Origin: a virus
Lineage: Duplodnaviria > Caudoviricetes
Length of the DNA stretch: 64,000 nucleotides
IMG/VR virus record: IMGVR_UViG_3300011008_000999
Strand: one strand, 5' to 3'
Position numbers and translations under genes: made by a program. Under the pieces are notes generated by a model that was not told where the DNA came from, did not search any database, and was given only the letters and a program-made list of their open reading frames with translations. The stretch's first letter is position 1; every line of letters starts with the position of its first letter. Positions 29,989 to 39,850 of this stretch are shown in pieces.

Positions 29989-30343
29989 TCTTACTTCCAG
30001 CTTTTTGATGAAGTCCGTCAATGTTCTGTGTTACAATCCACAGATCTTTCTTCTGTTCAAGTTCTGCAAGCTTCTTATGTGTGATATTAGGTTCAATATT
30101 ACGAGTGTCCATCTTCTGTCTGTAGAACTCATAAAATACTTCAGGTTTATCATACAGACAATCACTACTCAGCAGATACTCGGGTTCATATTGTTCAAAC
30201 TGTACATCGTGCTGATTGTAAAGACCGTCTTTTGATCTGAAGTCTGGAATACCACTTTCAGTAGATACTCCAGCGCCACCAAAGAATACGATCTTATTTG
30301 CATTGTCTATATATTCTTGCAGTGTCTTTATTTCTTCTGACAT
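29981..30343 (-). pseudogene. cobB: Sir2/CobB sirtuin, N-terminal half only
   Basis: GGAGVSTESGIPDFRS and TQNIDGLHQKAGS present; stops just before the catalytic ELHG motif. Confidence 0.85.
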
Positions 30344-30358
30344 ATACTTAATCTCTCC

Positions 30359-30856
30359 TTATTCTACATATTCAAATTCATGACCTACAATCTTAACTAA
30401 CTCTTCATGAGTCATCTTAGGAGGCTTTGGAGGAATGATCTTCCAATTATGCATAACCTTAGTGAGTTTATCTAATTCAGACTCACTATAACACCAGAAT
30501 GCTTCAGGTGCTTCACCAATAGACTTAATTAATGCTTTCTTAAGATAATCAACGATTTGTTGATCTGTCCAAGTATGCATTTTCTTACAGTCTTCTTTAG
30601 CGTCATCCCAAGTAGGTTTACTTTTAAGTGTAATTACAAAAAGTTCTTTGTTGTGCTGAGATCTATCCTGCTTAGTATCAAATTCAAAACAGTTCCAAAT
30701 ATCTTCATAATATCCATCTTCATAAGAACCATAATTACCTCTACTATTCTCCCAATAACCATCAGATAACTGAGTAGAGAAATGATGAAATAGACTGTTT
30801 ATCTTAGTCACAAAATCACATGCAATATAGATTTTTCTTGCTTTAAGTTTGTTCAT
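30359..30856 (-). CDS. Hypothetical protein
   Basis: 165 aa ORF after a class I promoter. Confidence 0.6.
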   Translation of the reverse strand: MNKLKARKIYIACDFVTKINSLFHHFSTQLSDGYWENSRGNYGSYEDGYYEDIWNCFEFDTKQDRSQHNKELFVITLKSKPTWDDAKEDCKKMHTWTDQQIVDYLKKALIKSIGEAPEAFWCYSESELDKLTKVMHNWKIIPPKPPKMTHEELVKIVGHEFEYVE

Positions 30857-30888
30857 ATTAAATACCTCACTATTTAATTGATAGATTT

Positions 30889-30921
30889 ATTATAACATTA
30901 TTCTATATACATGTAAATAGT
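30889..30921 (-). promoter_or_regulatory. Class I sigmaA-like promoter
   Basis: ACTA-TTTACA-N17-TATAAT with TG. Confidence 0.8.
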
Positions 30922-30976
30922 TTTTATACAAAAATGGATAGACCTACTATAGAAGTCTATCCATTTGTTGTTTTTA

Positions 30977-31327
30977 TTATTTCTTAGCTGCTGCAGCAAT
31001 TTTCTTATCACGATCAGCAATATACTGCTTAAGAACTTCTTCAGCTTTAGCATCATCATTAGATACTACATATCTGTAATTAGGTGTATAGAATACCGTA
31101 TTGAAATCAGCAAACTTCTGAAGGAAATAATTTCCGTCATTATCCTTAAATCTAATTGCTCTACCACCTTTTTCATCAACTGTTTCAGTTCCTTCGAATT
31201 CCTGAATTTGAATCTTATCAGGATTCTCAGTTAAAATACCGTAAAAAATTTTTGTCTTCATGATTACATCCTCCTCTTTAATGAATCCACGTACATATAA
31301 AATATGTTGCGACTGTAGAAACTGCAT
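30977..31327 (-). CDS. Hypothetical protein (probable true start MKTKIF)
   Basis: GAGGAGG RBS before the internal ATG. Confidence 0.55.
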   Translation of the reverse strand: MQFLQSQHILYVRGFIKEEDVIMKTKIFYGILTENPDKIQIQEFEGTETVDEKGGRAIRFKDNDGNYFLQKFADFNTVFYTPNYRYVVSNDDAKAEEVLKQYIADRDKKIAAAAKK

Positions 31328-31429
31328 ATAGTCCTAAAAATAATAAGACCATTGTAATAATAAACTTCTTTTTTGAAGATTTGTCTTCTACAGAAGTTTC
31401 TTCAACTTTAATGTTTTCATTTTCCATAC

Positions 31430-31864
31430 TTATTTATCTTTCCTCTTTTCTTCTAATTCTGTAACTACTTCATACGCAGGAATATCAATATCTTCTGAAG
31501 CATAAGATTCACCTTCATAAAATAAAGCGTTAGTAACTCCCATAAGAACAGGCTGTAAATACAATGCTCTAGATTCTACAATTTCTCTTACATTATCATC
31601 TAAATCACTTTTACGAATTACTGTATGAACTAATATTTCTGCTAAAGATACAAGGTCTTTGTTATGATATATATTTTCTTCATCAAATCTTAAATGATCG
31701 TAAGTAAAATTATAGTCATAAGAACGATATTCACCGGCCTCACTACCTTTACATCTAATAGTAGCCTTTCTTAAAGAATCATCTTTACCATCATAATCAA
31801 TAATTCCTTTCTTAATAAGATATTTTAATGCTTTAGTGTCATCACTTCTTGGAAAATATAACAT
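31430..31864 (-). CDS. Hypothetical protein
   Basis: 144 aa, GGAGG RBS. Confidence 0.6.
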   Translation of the reverse strand: MLYFPRSDDTKALKYLIKKGIIDYDGKDDSLRKATIRCKGSEAGEYRSYDYNFTYDHLRFDEENIYHNKDLVSLAEILVHTVIRKSDLDDNVREIVESRALYLQPVLMGVTNALFYEGESYASEDIDIPAYEVVTELEEKRKDK

Positions 31865-31877
31865 GATAAAAACCTCC

Positions 31878-32096
31878 TTATGTTATCTTTGGCAAACCTA
31901 ATGTACAATGGCATATACCATCTCCACCATTTGAAGGATGTGTAGGACATTGTTTACAAGGTTCTGGTGTAGTATCAACCTTAGGTAATTCTATAACAAT
32001 TTCTTTTTCTCTATCTTTAATATGACAGTCATCGTCAATATATTCTTCTCTAATTATTATTTTACTTGGTTTCACTGGTGGCAATTTTATGTCCAT
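31878..32096 (-). CDS. Small Cys/His-rich protein
   Basis: CKQCPTHP...GICHCTLG. Confidence 0.55.
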   Translation of the reverse strand: MDIKLPPVKPSKIIIREEYIDDDCHIKDREKEIVIELPKVDTTPEPCKQCPTHPSNGGDGICHCTLGLPKIT

Positions 32097-32177
32097 ACTA
32101 CCTCCTATATATTATTTCCTAATAGAAAAGACGCCTTTAAGGCGTCTATTCATATTTCTTATATTTTGAGTAAGAGA

Positions 32178-32471
32178 CTATCTCCTACAACATTTCTCTT
32201 TTCTAGGACCTCGTTTCTTATTAAGCTTTCTAATAGCTTTACTTTCAAGCTTATTTGGAATATGCTCTCGAGTATCTAATTCAGCTTTAATTACTTCGAC
32301 ATTCTTATGAGCAACCTCTACACACCTTTGATACATTACACATTCATAATCACTACATGCACGATGATTTGCCCAACTACGATATACTTCTAATAAAACT
32401 TTAGTTGGTACTATTTTTAATTCATCTTCAGTAATAGGTGTTATCTTAGATCCGCAAATATGATCTGACAT
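32178..32471 (-). CDS. Hypothetical protein
   Basis: 97 aa; ELDTREHIPNK motif, basic tail. Confidence 0.55.
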   Translation of the reverse strand: MSDHICGSKITPITEDELKIVPTKVLLEVYRSWANHRACSDYECVMYQRCVEVAHKNVEVIKAELDTREHIPNKLESKAIRKLNKKRGPRKEKCCRR

Positions 32472-32784
32472 AGTATTCTCCTACAATAGTATTTTTAGTA
32501 TCGTAATTTTTACCGTTCTTAATAACCTTTTTCATATACTGGATAATCTGATCAATATTATTAGCTCTAAGAATAGCCACTCGATCTTTAGCTAATCTAT
32601 CTGCACTAATCTGATGTCCAGTATTTCTAGCTTTAACAATCTCAGTAATGCAAATATCCTGTGCTTTATGCAACTTATCTTCCATATCTAAAGAAGAATC
32701 CTTTTTAATAGATTCTATATCAGGAAGCAATCTTTCAAATAACTCAGTCACGCTGTTCTCAACTTCAGATAAATCTTTTTTCAT
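32446..32784 (-). CDS. Hypothetical protein
   Basis: 112 aa ORF with RBS. Confidence 0.55.
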   Translation of the reverse strand: MKKDLSEVENSVTELFERLLPDIESIKKDSSLDMEDKLHKAQDICITEIVKARNTGHQISADRLAKDRVAILRANNIDQIIQYMKKVIKNGKNYDTKNTIVGEYYVRSYLRI

Positions 32785-32988
32785 TATATATCTCCTTACT
32801 GAATAGACATATCTAAATTATTCACGAAATCTTCAAACTCTTTCGCTTTCTTTTTCTTCAGAATCTACATATTTGTTAATATACTTTTCTACAATATTTT
32901 CAAGTTTACTTATAGAAATTCTAACTGCATTTCTACCACCGACTCTAAGTTTTGCATCATCGTTGATAAATCTATTCATAAATTCTCC

Positions 32989-33828
32989 TTAGATTAATTT
33001 CATAAAATCTTCTTCAGTAATTACTGGAATACCAAGATCTTTAGCTTTTTTAGATTTGCCGGAAGTAGAGGTCTTATCATTACAAATGAGATATGTAAGA
33101 TTCTTACCAACAGAAGCAATTTTACCACCATTAGCTTCAATAATCTTAACCATATCTTCTCTCTTCATTGAAAGAGAACCGGTAATACAAAAACTCATGT
33201 TATCGAGCTTACCGCCAACAACCTTCTGCTTAACTGTGATGTATTTCATAACGTCATTGATCTCAGTGTAATCGAATTCAGCAATAAACCTTGCAGTAGT
33301 AGCACCAATACCATTCATTGAAGTGAAATCAAACTTAGTATTAATTGCATTCATGAAATTTTCCCATGTCTCAAACTTATCTGCAAGAAGTGTAGAAGTC
33401 TGTTTCTCAACATTAGGAATACCAGCTGAAGCGATGATCTTCCAAAGTTCAAGTGAAGTAGGAATACCTTCAAGGATCTTATCTACAGAACCTTCTCCGT
33501 AACCTTTCATATGAATCCATTCATCTCTATGTTCCTTAAGAGTGAAGATATCACTCATCTGAGTAAGCCAACCAACTTTAATGAGATCTCTTACAGTTGC
33601 AGTGGACATAGATTCAATATCAAGTCCATGTGCACCAATGAAATGAAGAAGTTTTCCTTCGATCTTAGCACCGCAATTAGGATTCTGACACATAAGAACC
33701 TCAGTATTATATTTCTTCTCAATCTTTACATCACCACCACATCTAGGACAAGTAGTAGGAAGAAGAATTGGATTACCGTAAGCGGCCTCAAGTTTTTTAT
33801 CATTAACTTTCTTCAAAAGAGTGTTCAT
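32989..33828 (-). CDS. ligA: NAD-dependent DNA ligase, C-terminal subunit (Zn finger, HhH, BRCT)
   Basis: PTTCPRCG...CQNPNC zinc finger; HhH repeats; BRCT FCITGSL...YLICND...SGKSKKAKDLGIPVITEEDF. Confidence 0.9.
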   Translation of the reverse strand: MNTLLKKVNDKKLEAAYGNPILLPTTCPRCGGDVKIEKKYNTEVLMCQNPNCGAKIEGKLLHFIGAHGLDIESMSTATVRDLIKVGWLTQMSDIFTLKEHRDEWIHMKGYGEGSVDKILEGIPTSLELWKIIASAGIPNVEKQTSTLLADKFETWENFMNAINTKFDFTSMNGIGATTARFIAEFDYTEINDVMKYITVKQKVVGGKLDNMSFCITGSLSMKREDMVKIIEANGGKIASVGKNLTYLICNDKTSTSGKSKKAKDLGIPVITEEDFMKLI

Positions 33829-33860
33829 TGGTTGACCTCCATAATTTTTATTATGTAATA

Positions 33861-33893
33861 ATTATAACACAGGTAGAATCATTTGTAAATAGT
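33861..33893 (-). promoter_or_regulatory. Class I promoter of the ligase C-terminal gene
   Basis: ACTA-TTTACA-N17-TATAAT with TG. Confidence 0.8.
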
Positions 33894-33895
33894 TT

Positions 33896-35440
33896 TTAGT
33901 TTAAACTATTCACCAAAATATCAGTAATTCGATCATACAACTTCTTATTTTCTAAATGATTCTTAACATAAGTATCACTTGAAAGATGCTTTTTACAACA
34001 TTCTTTGATAATCAGCTCATCATCAAAAATCTCATTAAGTGTTTCAACTTTAAGATCTTTCTGATCATCACTATTAGGAAGTCTACGAATACGACCAAGT
34101 GTACGAATTATAAAGTTTTCAATTTCATTTGCAATATTACGATCATATTTATGATCTCCAGATGACACCAGAGGTAACTCATTAAGGATAATATATAAAT
34201 CATTAATGGTATGTTTATGACGTCTCAGTGAGTCAGTTATGGACATCTGGGTATCACCTAAGTTATATTTATAGTAGTCACCATCAAAATCATAAGTATA
34301 AAATACAGCAAGAATATCTGAATAGTATCTAATATTTGAATAGTGCTTATATGCAATTTCAGGAATTTCAAATCCATATCTTGTTTTAAGGGCAAACAAG
34401 TAACCTCTATCATGGAATGCTATGTCTCTATTTTTAGCAGTATATTTCCATAAGTTTGCTGCATATAAGAGTGATAAGAATCCAATATCATCAAGATCAG
34501 TGAATACTCTTATAGGTGCAGTATAATCAAGAAGAGTCTGGTTAGCAATATAGAGCAGTCTCTTATATCCATCAATAAGTTCTACTCTACCAGTCTTAGT
34601 ATTCATATTGATTGTGATAGGCTGTGCTTCAAGATTCTGGAAATATGCTAAAGTTCCCATTTTATTGTTAGCATAAATGATAGCATCAATAGCGTTGTTA
34701 AATGCAGATTCAGCTTCTTCTTTTGCTAAATGTCTATACATAGTATCTACACAAACGGTAAATACATTTTTTACATGATTAACATAAGAATTGACTTTTA
34801 TAGATATAGAATCTAATCCACCATAAATATGACTATAAGGTGAATTAACTGCAACATATATATTATTAAAGTCAATATTATTTACTTCATTCAGTTCAAT
34901 ATCTCTAGGAAGTACTTTATATTTGTAATTTGCAATTGTATATTCAGGATAATGCTCAGCTAACCAGTTATTAACAAATGTTTGTACCGCTTCAGTAACA
35001 GCGTCTTGAATACTACGATCATACTGTAAAGTATGAATTAAATGAAATTTAGCATTACTAAGTGCTACCTCACGTTCAGGTCTAATACCAAGTTTCTTAG
35101 AATCATATTCACCATCGTTTATCTTCTCAACTGTGACTGTAGAATCAATATCAGTCATTTTTTTAAATAATTCGTTGAATAGATTATCATACAGTTTTTG
35201 TGCTAAAGCAGTAGCATCAGTTTCTGCATATTTAAGTAAAGCTGCATGAATTTCAGCAATTACTTTATCATCATCTTTACCAGGCTTAATATCATATTCA
35301 GGCTTGATATTCGATCTTGTATGAAAACCTTTAAGAATGTCAAGAGGAGTTAGCTGATTCTCTTCAATAATTCTATTTCTAAGATCAGCTAACTTCATCT
35401 CTTTATATTCATAATTGGCATTTGCTAATAAACTAAACAT
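33896..35440 (-). CDS. Protein with a central ParB/Srx-like motif
   Basis: QPITI...VELIDGYKRL. Confidence 0.5.
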   Translation of the reverse strand: MFSLLANANYEYKEMKLADLRNRIIEENQLTPLDILKGFHTRSNIKPEYDIKPGKDDDKVIAEIHAALLKYAETDATALAQKLYDNLFNELFKKMTDIDSTVTVEKINDGEYDSKKLGIRPEREVALSNAKFHLIHTLQYDRSIQDAVTEAVQTFVNNWLAEHYPEYTIANYKYKVLPRDIELNEVNNIDFNNIYVAVNSPYSHIYGGLDSISIKVNSYVNHVKNVFTVCVDTMYRHLAKEEAESAFNNAIDAIIYANNKMGTLAYFQNLEAQPITINMNTKTGRVELIDGYKRLLYIANQTLLDYTAPIRVFTDLDDIGFLSLLYAANLWKYTAKNRDIAFHDRGYLFALKTRYGFEIPEIAYKHYSNIRYYSDILAVFYTYDFDGDYYKYNLGDTQMSITDSLRRHKHTINDLYIILNELPLVSSGDHKYDRNIANEIENFIIRTLGRIRRLPNSDDQKDLKVETLNEIFDDELIIKECCKKHLSSDTYVKNHLENKKLYDRITDILVNSLN

Positions 35441-35465
35441 ATAGTTACCTCCATATTATATTGTA

Positions 35466-35498
35466 ATTATAACATGGAAATAGGATAATGTAAATAGT
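35466..35498 (-). promoter_or_regulatory. Class I sigmaA-like promoter
   Basis: ACTA-TTTACA-N17-TATAAT with TG. Confidence 0.8.
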
Positions 35499-35506
35499 TT
35501 TTATTA

Positions 35507-36595
35507 CTAAAATTCAACTAATTCGTCATTAAAGTATAATTCAAAATCATTTTGGAATATTACTTCATCGCCAGTAGGATTATCAATACTGTAACTACAT
35601 ATTACTACAAATGCATCTGAATGATAGTCAGTATATAATGAACTAGTCATAGTTAAAATATTTTCAATATCTCCTATATAGTTACACTTAAACTTTTTAT
35701 CACCATCAATTCCTAAAGTATCTTTTAATAGTGTAGTCGATCCATCTAAAGTATAGATTGCATAAGTAATTTGTCCTGTAGCAGTATTGTTTTCAGGATC
35801 TATTCCAAATGAAGATACAGTTGTCCATACCTTATACTGTTTACCATCAATAGTCACTTCAGTTGCATGCTCACGTTCAAATTCATCGTCATCAAGAGAG
35901 AATCCAATCATATTTGAAGAGTCAGTCTTTTGAATTGAACCATCTGGAACAAATGTACCAGCATAAAATTCTTGTAGTTGCTCTTCAGATCCAACAATCT
36001 GAGTCATAAGTAATTGTAATCCAATAATTCCATCTCTAGCAGTATCGCTAAGTTCAATTACTTGTCCTTCTTCATCTAAAACTACATCTTCAATGTCACT
36101 GATTTCCCAGCCAGACTGTAACATAGAATTAAGACTATCTATATTAAGTTTATCTAATGATTCAATAAATTTTTCAGGACTTGCACTTTCAAGTTGTGCA
36201 AAAGTAGTTTCATATGAATTAGATTTTAGTGCAGCATATTTAAGTCCTAAATATACTGAAGAAAGTGGTGCTGAGCCGTACTTATAGTTTTCATAGTCTT
36301 TAGGTGCAGATAAAGTACCTACATATGAAAAAGGTTCTTTTTCTTCTACAGGTTCCTCTATTACTTCTTCATTATTTTCTTCCTCAGTATTATCTGTAGG
36401 CACAGGTTCTTCTTCCTTTGCTTGAGGACCATTAACTGCATAATTGTGTTCAGTAGTAACTTCAGATTCAGGTTCTTCTGTAACTGGATTTACAAAGTCA
36501 TGAATAGCTCCACTACATCCAGTAAGCATACTTATTGTAAGTATACTGCATATTCCTATTAAAAGTTTCCTTTTCATGATTTTACCTCTCCACAT
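35507..36595 (-). CDS. Lipoprotein (HNYAxN motif)
   Basis: Lipobox LTGC; acidic tether; probable start MKRKLL. Confidence 0.75.
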   Translation of the reverse strand: MWRGKIMKRKLLIGICSILTISMLTGCSGAIHDFVNPVTEEPESEVTTEHNYAVNGPQAKEEEPVPTDNTEEENNEEVIEEPVEEKEPFSYVGTLSAPKDYENYKYGSAPLSSVYLGLKYAALKSNSYETTFAQLESASPEKFIESLDKLNIDSLNSMLQSGWEISDIEDVVLDEEGQVIELSDTARDGIIGLQLLMTQIVGSEEQLQEFYAGTFVPDGSIQKTDSSNMIGFSLDDDEFEREHATEVTIDGKQYKVWTTVSSFGIDPENNTATGQITYAIYTLDGSTTLLKDTLGIDGDKKFKCNYIGDIENILTMTSSLYTDYHSDAFVVICSYSIDNPTGDEVIFQNDFELYFNDELVEF

Positions 36596-37197
36596 TTTAT
36601 TGTCATATTTTTATCTACATTATGTGTTACATAATAGTCAATAATATGTTTAGGAAAACCTTTGTTAGTAGAAAAGATCAATTCATAAGTTTGGTCTTTT
36701 TTATAGCCTAATTCCTTCATATCTGCAGCAATTCGTTTAAGTACTTCAATATAAAGCGGAAAACGTTCTTCTACATTTGCAGATACAATCTTATTCCAGT
36801 CTTCCTTAGTTGATTGTTCTATATAATTATCGTTAAGTTTGGTTATAAGTATTTTAGGACCACCTTTGAAATAACCAAACAAGTCGTTATTTTCATTATT
36901 CAGTTTTGCAATTTTAGCATGCAAGATTAAATGCTCAATACGGTTACAGTACACTAATCTATCTGCTTTTTGACATTCAGGGTACTGTCTTTCCGCGCCT
37001 CTATTACTAAGTCCGGCAATGTGATCTTCATCTATATGATGACATTCTAAACCTTCTTTTGTTCTAGAAGCCATGATCCTACCATTAACGAAATAATCAC
37101 TAGTGGCAGGTCCGTACTTCTTCAATAGTACCTGAACATATTCGTCATAACTCATATTCCAAACTTTGTTCAGTAACATAATTTTTTTATTCCTCAT
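36574..37197 (-). CDS. HNH-like endonuclease
   Basis: ECHHIDE...LVYCNRIEHLILH. Confidence 0.55.
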   Translation of the reverse strand: MRNKKIMLLNKVWNMSYDEYVQVLLKKYGPATSDYFVNGRIMASRTKEGLECHHIDEDHIAGLSNRGAERQYPECQKADRLVYCNRIEHLILHAKIAKLNNENNDLFGYFKGGPKILITKLNDNYIEQSTKEDWNKIVSANVEERFPLYIEVLKRIAADMKELGYKKDQTYELIFSTNKGFPKHIIDYYVTHNVDKNMTIKCGEVKS

Positions 37198-37263
37198 AGT
37201 AGCTACTAAATAATTGATTCTTGTGTTTCATTAATGATTGGATTTATTTTTCTCTCCTTTTAT

Positions 37264-37647
37264 TTAGCATGCACAAAGTTTGTTATACTTAAGCATGAAA
37301 ATACCTACTCCATCTTTACTAATCTTGACTACATTATTATCTTTTATGTAAAACTTGTCAATATTAGTGTCACTGTTAAATGTATAAATGTTAAACTCGC
37401 CTTCGGTACATTTATCATAAGGAGTATCTTCCATTACAAACAAAAGCTCAGATAAATTTACATAGTCATAATCATCATCTACATTATTGTTATATAGTAG
37501 AAATAATCTATCTAGTATATCAAATTTTCTTTCTAGTATTTTTCTTTTATATTCTACATAAGAACATATTAACAAAACTGTTATTATTAAAACAATAAAT
37601 ATTACGCATGATAAAATATTCATGTTGTCATTCCTTTCCATAAACAT
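37264..37647 (-). CDS. Hypothetical membrane protein
   Basis: N-terminal TM segment. Confidence 0.5.
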   Translation of the reverse strand: MFMERNDNMNILSCVIFIVLIITVLLICSYVEYKRKILERKFDILDRLFLLYNNNVDDDYDYVNLSELLFVMEDTPYDKCTEGEFNIYTFNSDTNIDKFYIKDNNVVKISKDGVGIFMLKYNKLCAC

Positions 37648-37685
37648 AAATAAAGGCTGTAACCTTTGATTAGGCTACAGCCGTA

Positions 37686-37701
37686 TTATTATTAAATAGC
37701 T
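37686..37701 (-). promoter_or_regulatory. Class II motif
   Basis: AGCTATTTAATAATAA. Confidence 0.55.
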
Positions 37702-38247
37702 CTATAATGGCTTATCACTAAATCTAAACGTCTTATACTCTGCCTTAGCGACCATTTTAGAAGTACTATATAGTATTGGTACAGCAAATTCGTCATATCC
37801 AAGTCTAGGATTATATGTCTTACCTAAGTCATATAACTGTTCTCCAGTTAGTTCTGGAATATCCTGGAATGACGACCTGTAAATAGAACTATACGCATTT
37901 GTAATATTATATTCAATAGATGGAATTACATCTGGGAGATTAATAAAGCACCATTTATGTTCTATAAAATCAATATCATGATCGTATTTAATACACCAAT
38001 AATTTCCAACTTCGCTCAAAATACAAAAAGCTTTTCCGGCTTCTACAATAAACATAGTTTTAGAATTATTATTAGGTAGTTCTTTTGCATTTTGACTACA
38101 AGTCGACCATCCAGTGGTACCAACTATACTTTTTTCAAAATAGTTTTCGTCATTAGCTGCATACACTTTGAAACTAAACAGTAAACTAATAATACCTACC
38201 ATGATTATAACAATAATCACAGTAGATATGATTTTCTTAATTTTCAT
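37702..38247 (-). CDS. Secreted protein with an SH3-like segment, possibly truncated
   Basis: Signal peptide; GKAFCILSEVGNYWCIKY; FINLPDVIPSIEYNITNA. Confidence 0.45.
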   Translation of the reverse strand: MKIKKIISTVIIVIIMVGIISLLFSFKVYAANDENYFEKSIVGTTGWSTCSQNAKELPNNNSKTMFIVEAGKAFCILSEVGNYWCIKYDHDIDFIEHKWCFINLPDVIPSIEYNITNAYSSIYRSSFQDIPELTGEQLYDLGKTYNPRLGYDEFAVPILYSTSKMVAKAEYKTFRFSDKPL

Positions 38248-38273
38248 AATTTCCTCACTTTGTATAGCTTGTA

Positions 38274-38765
38274 TTACGATTCACTTTCGTAATTATGTCT
38301 ACGCAAAAACTTGACTAAATCATCAAGCATATCGTCTGCTTTTTGAATATCCTCTTTAGTAACATAAAGTTCTTTATATCTACCTAAAGCAGACCATCTA
38401 CATAACATAACAGAATAACCTGTCTGTAGATCTGTTAATGTACCAGAAATTTCACGTAATTCTGGATTCTTTTCAGATAAAGACTCAAGAATTTTGGCAT
38501 TATTTGCTACAAAATGTCCTTCTCTAAAATTCTCATAATAGTATTTTATTAGACCTTTTAATGATAATTCTATAGATTGTGCTAACATATAACAAGCCCA
38601 GTTAATGTCAGCTGCTTCAGCTTTATTACAATAAATAGTGTCTAATAAAGGCTCGGTAATGTTCCGAGCCTTGCAAGCATTTTGTATAAGCATTCTGCCT
38701 TCGTTTCGTAAGTCTTCATCACTTCTTTTAGGTGGTGGTCCACCTCTATGATGTGGCTTACCCAT
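38274..38765 (-). CDS. HEPN domain protein (MNT-HEPN pair)
   Basis: ACYMLAQSIELSLKGL...GH...GRY; overlaps the MNT-like gene. Confidence 0.7.
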   Translation of the reverse strand: MGKPHHRGGPPPKRSDEDLRNEGRMLIQNACKARNITEPLLDTIYCNKAEAADINWACYMLAQSIELSLKGLIKYYYENFREGHFVANNAKILESLSEKNPELREISGTLTDLQTGYSVMLCRWSALGRYKELYVTKEDIQKADDMLDDLVKFLRRHNYESES

Positions 38766-39069
38766 AGATAATGTCTCCTTTGTTGACTATATTCATAATG
38801 TTACTTGAGTTATGCTGGCAGTTAATAATAACAAGATCGAATTTACCATCAGTAATATCATCTACCTTACAGAAAAGATCAAGTAGAGCATTATCATCAT
38901 CTGCGTCTTTAGGATTAGTCATTTGAACAGCTATCTCTAAATAATCATCTGCTGTAGTTTCTTCTGTAATGCTTTTACCGAATACGATCAATTTATTATA
39001 TCTGTCAGGATGCTTTTCGATGTAATCTTTAATTGCATCTACCTGAGGTTGTTTAATAGGATTTACCAT
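38758..39069 (-). CDS. Minimal nucleotidyltransferase (MNT)-like protein, degenerate
   Basis: LIVFGKS...DDYLEIAV...FDLVII...GDIIY. Confidence 0.6.
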   Translation of the reverse strand: MVNPIKQPQVDAIKDYIEKHPDRYNKLIVFGKSITEETTADDYLEIAVQMTNPKDADDDNALLDLFCKVDDITDGKFDLVIINCQHNSSNIMNIVNKGDIIYG

Positions 39070-39072
39070 GCA

Positions 39073-39252
39073 TTACTCCTTATCTACGGCAGTAATATCA
39101 ATCTTAATCATCTGACCGTCTTCGTAACTAATTTCTTTAAGACCTTCTTTCTGAACATATACAGGTCCAATAAGAACTTTACCGTCTACAGGAACTTCCT
39201 GAAATCTAACAGTATTTTTAGTTTCTTTGTCGAACTCGAATAGTCTTTCCAT
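39073..39252 (-). CDS. Small hypothetical protein (59 aa)
   Basis: Translated by hand: MERLFEFDKETKNTVRFQE...IGPVYVQKE; AAGGAG RBS. Confidence 0.65.
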   Translation of the reverse strand: MERLFEFDKETKNTVRFQEVPVDGKVLIGPVYVQKEGLKEISYEDGQMIKIDITAVDKE

Positions 39253-39263
39253 ATTTGTCTCCT

Positions 39264-39845
39264 TTACTGATCTAGTAATCTGTTATCAACATTAGGTAAT
39301 ACTCCACCGCAATTTTTACAACTTGTATATTTAGGTGGATTCATAGTACCACAGTATGGACACTGAACTGGTTTATACTTTAATTTTAATGTATTAAGTT
39401 CAGTTTCTTTATTTTCTTCTATTTTATTTTGTGCATTAATTGCCTTATCTGCAATTCTTTCATCATGATGTTTTACTACACCAACAATAACACGTATAAT
39501 TATGACTGGTAGAATCAGCATAATAAATCCTAAGATGCTAACTACAACTATCCACCAAAGGATATATCCATCTTTTTCTACATTAAATTCTGGTTGTTGT
39601 GCAATTCCGCTAACTGCACATAATGCTCCATATCCTATAAACATGACTGGTAGAAGCCATCCAAAAATTCTAGACCAAATATTACGTGGTGCACCTCTTT
39701 TTCGTCTGACTTCAGTTCTGCCTATAGTACTATCATAGTATTTTTCAGTGTATTTGTTATGATGAACAATTAAACTTATGATAAGTGCAATAATATCAGC
39801 TAAAATAATATAGCCAAAAATATTTGTAATTAAATCAAAGTTCAT
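39264..39845 (-). CDS. Membrane protein with C-terminal zinc ribbon
   Basis: Three TM segments; CPYCG...CKNCG. Confidence 0.65.
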   Translation of the reverse strand: MNFDLITNIFGYIILADIIALIISLIVHHNKYTEKYYDSTIGRTEVRRKRGAPRNIWSRIFGWLLPVMFIGYGALCAVSGIAQQPEFNVEKDGYILWWIVVVSILGFIMLILPVIIIRVIVGVVKHHDERIADKAINAQNKIEENKETELNTLKLKYKPVQCPYCGTMNPPKYTSCKNCGGVLPNVDNRLLDQ

Positions 39846-39850
39846 TTTGT

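Noticed and set aside
29940-29990. Stop-codon reassignment or readthrough restoring the sirtuin
   Set aside because: Reading through TGA gives YRR and further stops with no ELHG motif; other genes end normally at TGA, TAG and TAA
32790-32980. 48 aa ORF (MNRFINDDAK...) with a possible frameshifted tail
   Set aside because: Short, no recognisable motif, and the alternative-frame tail is too short to distinguish from chance
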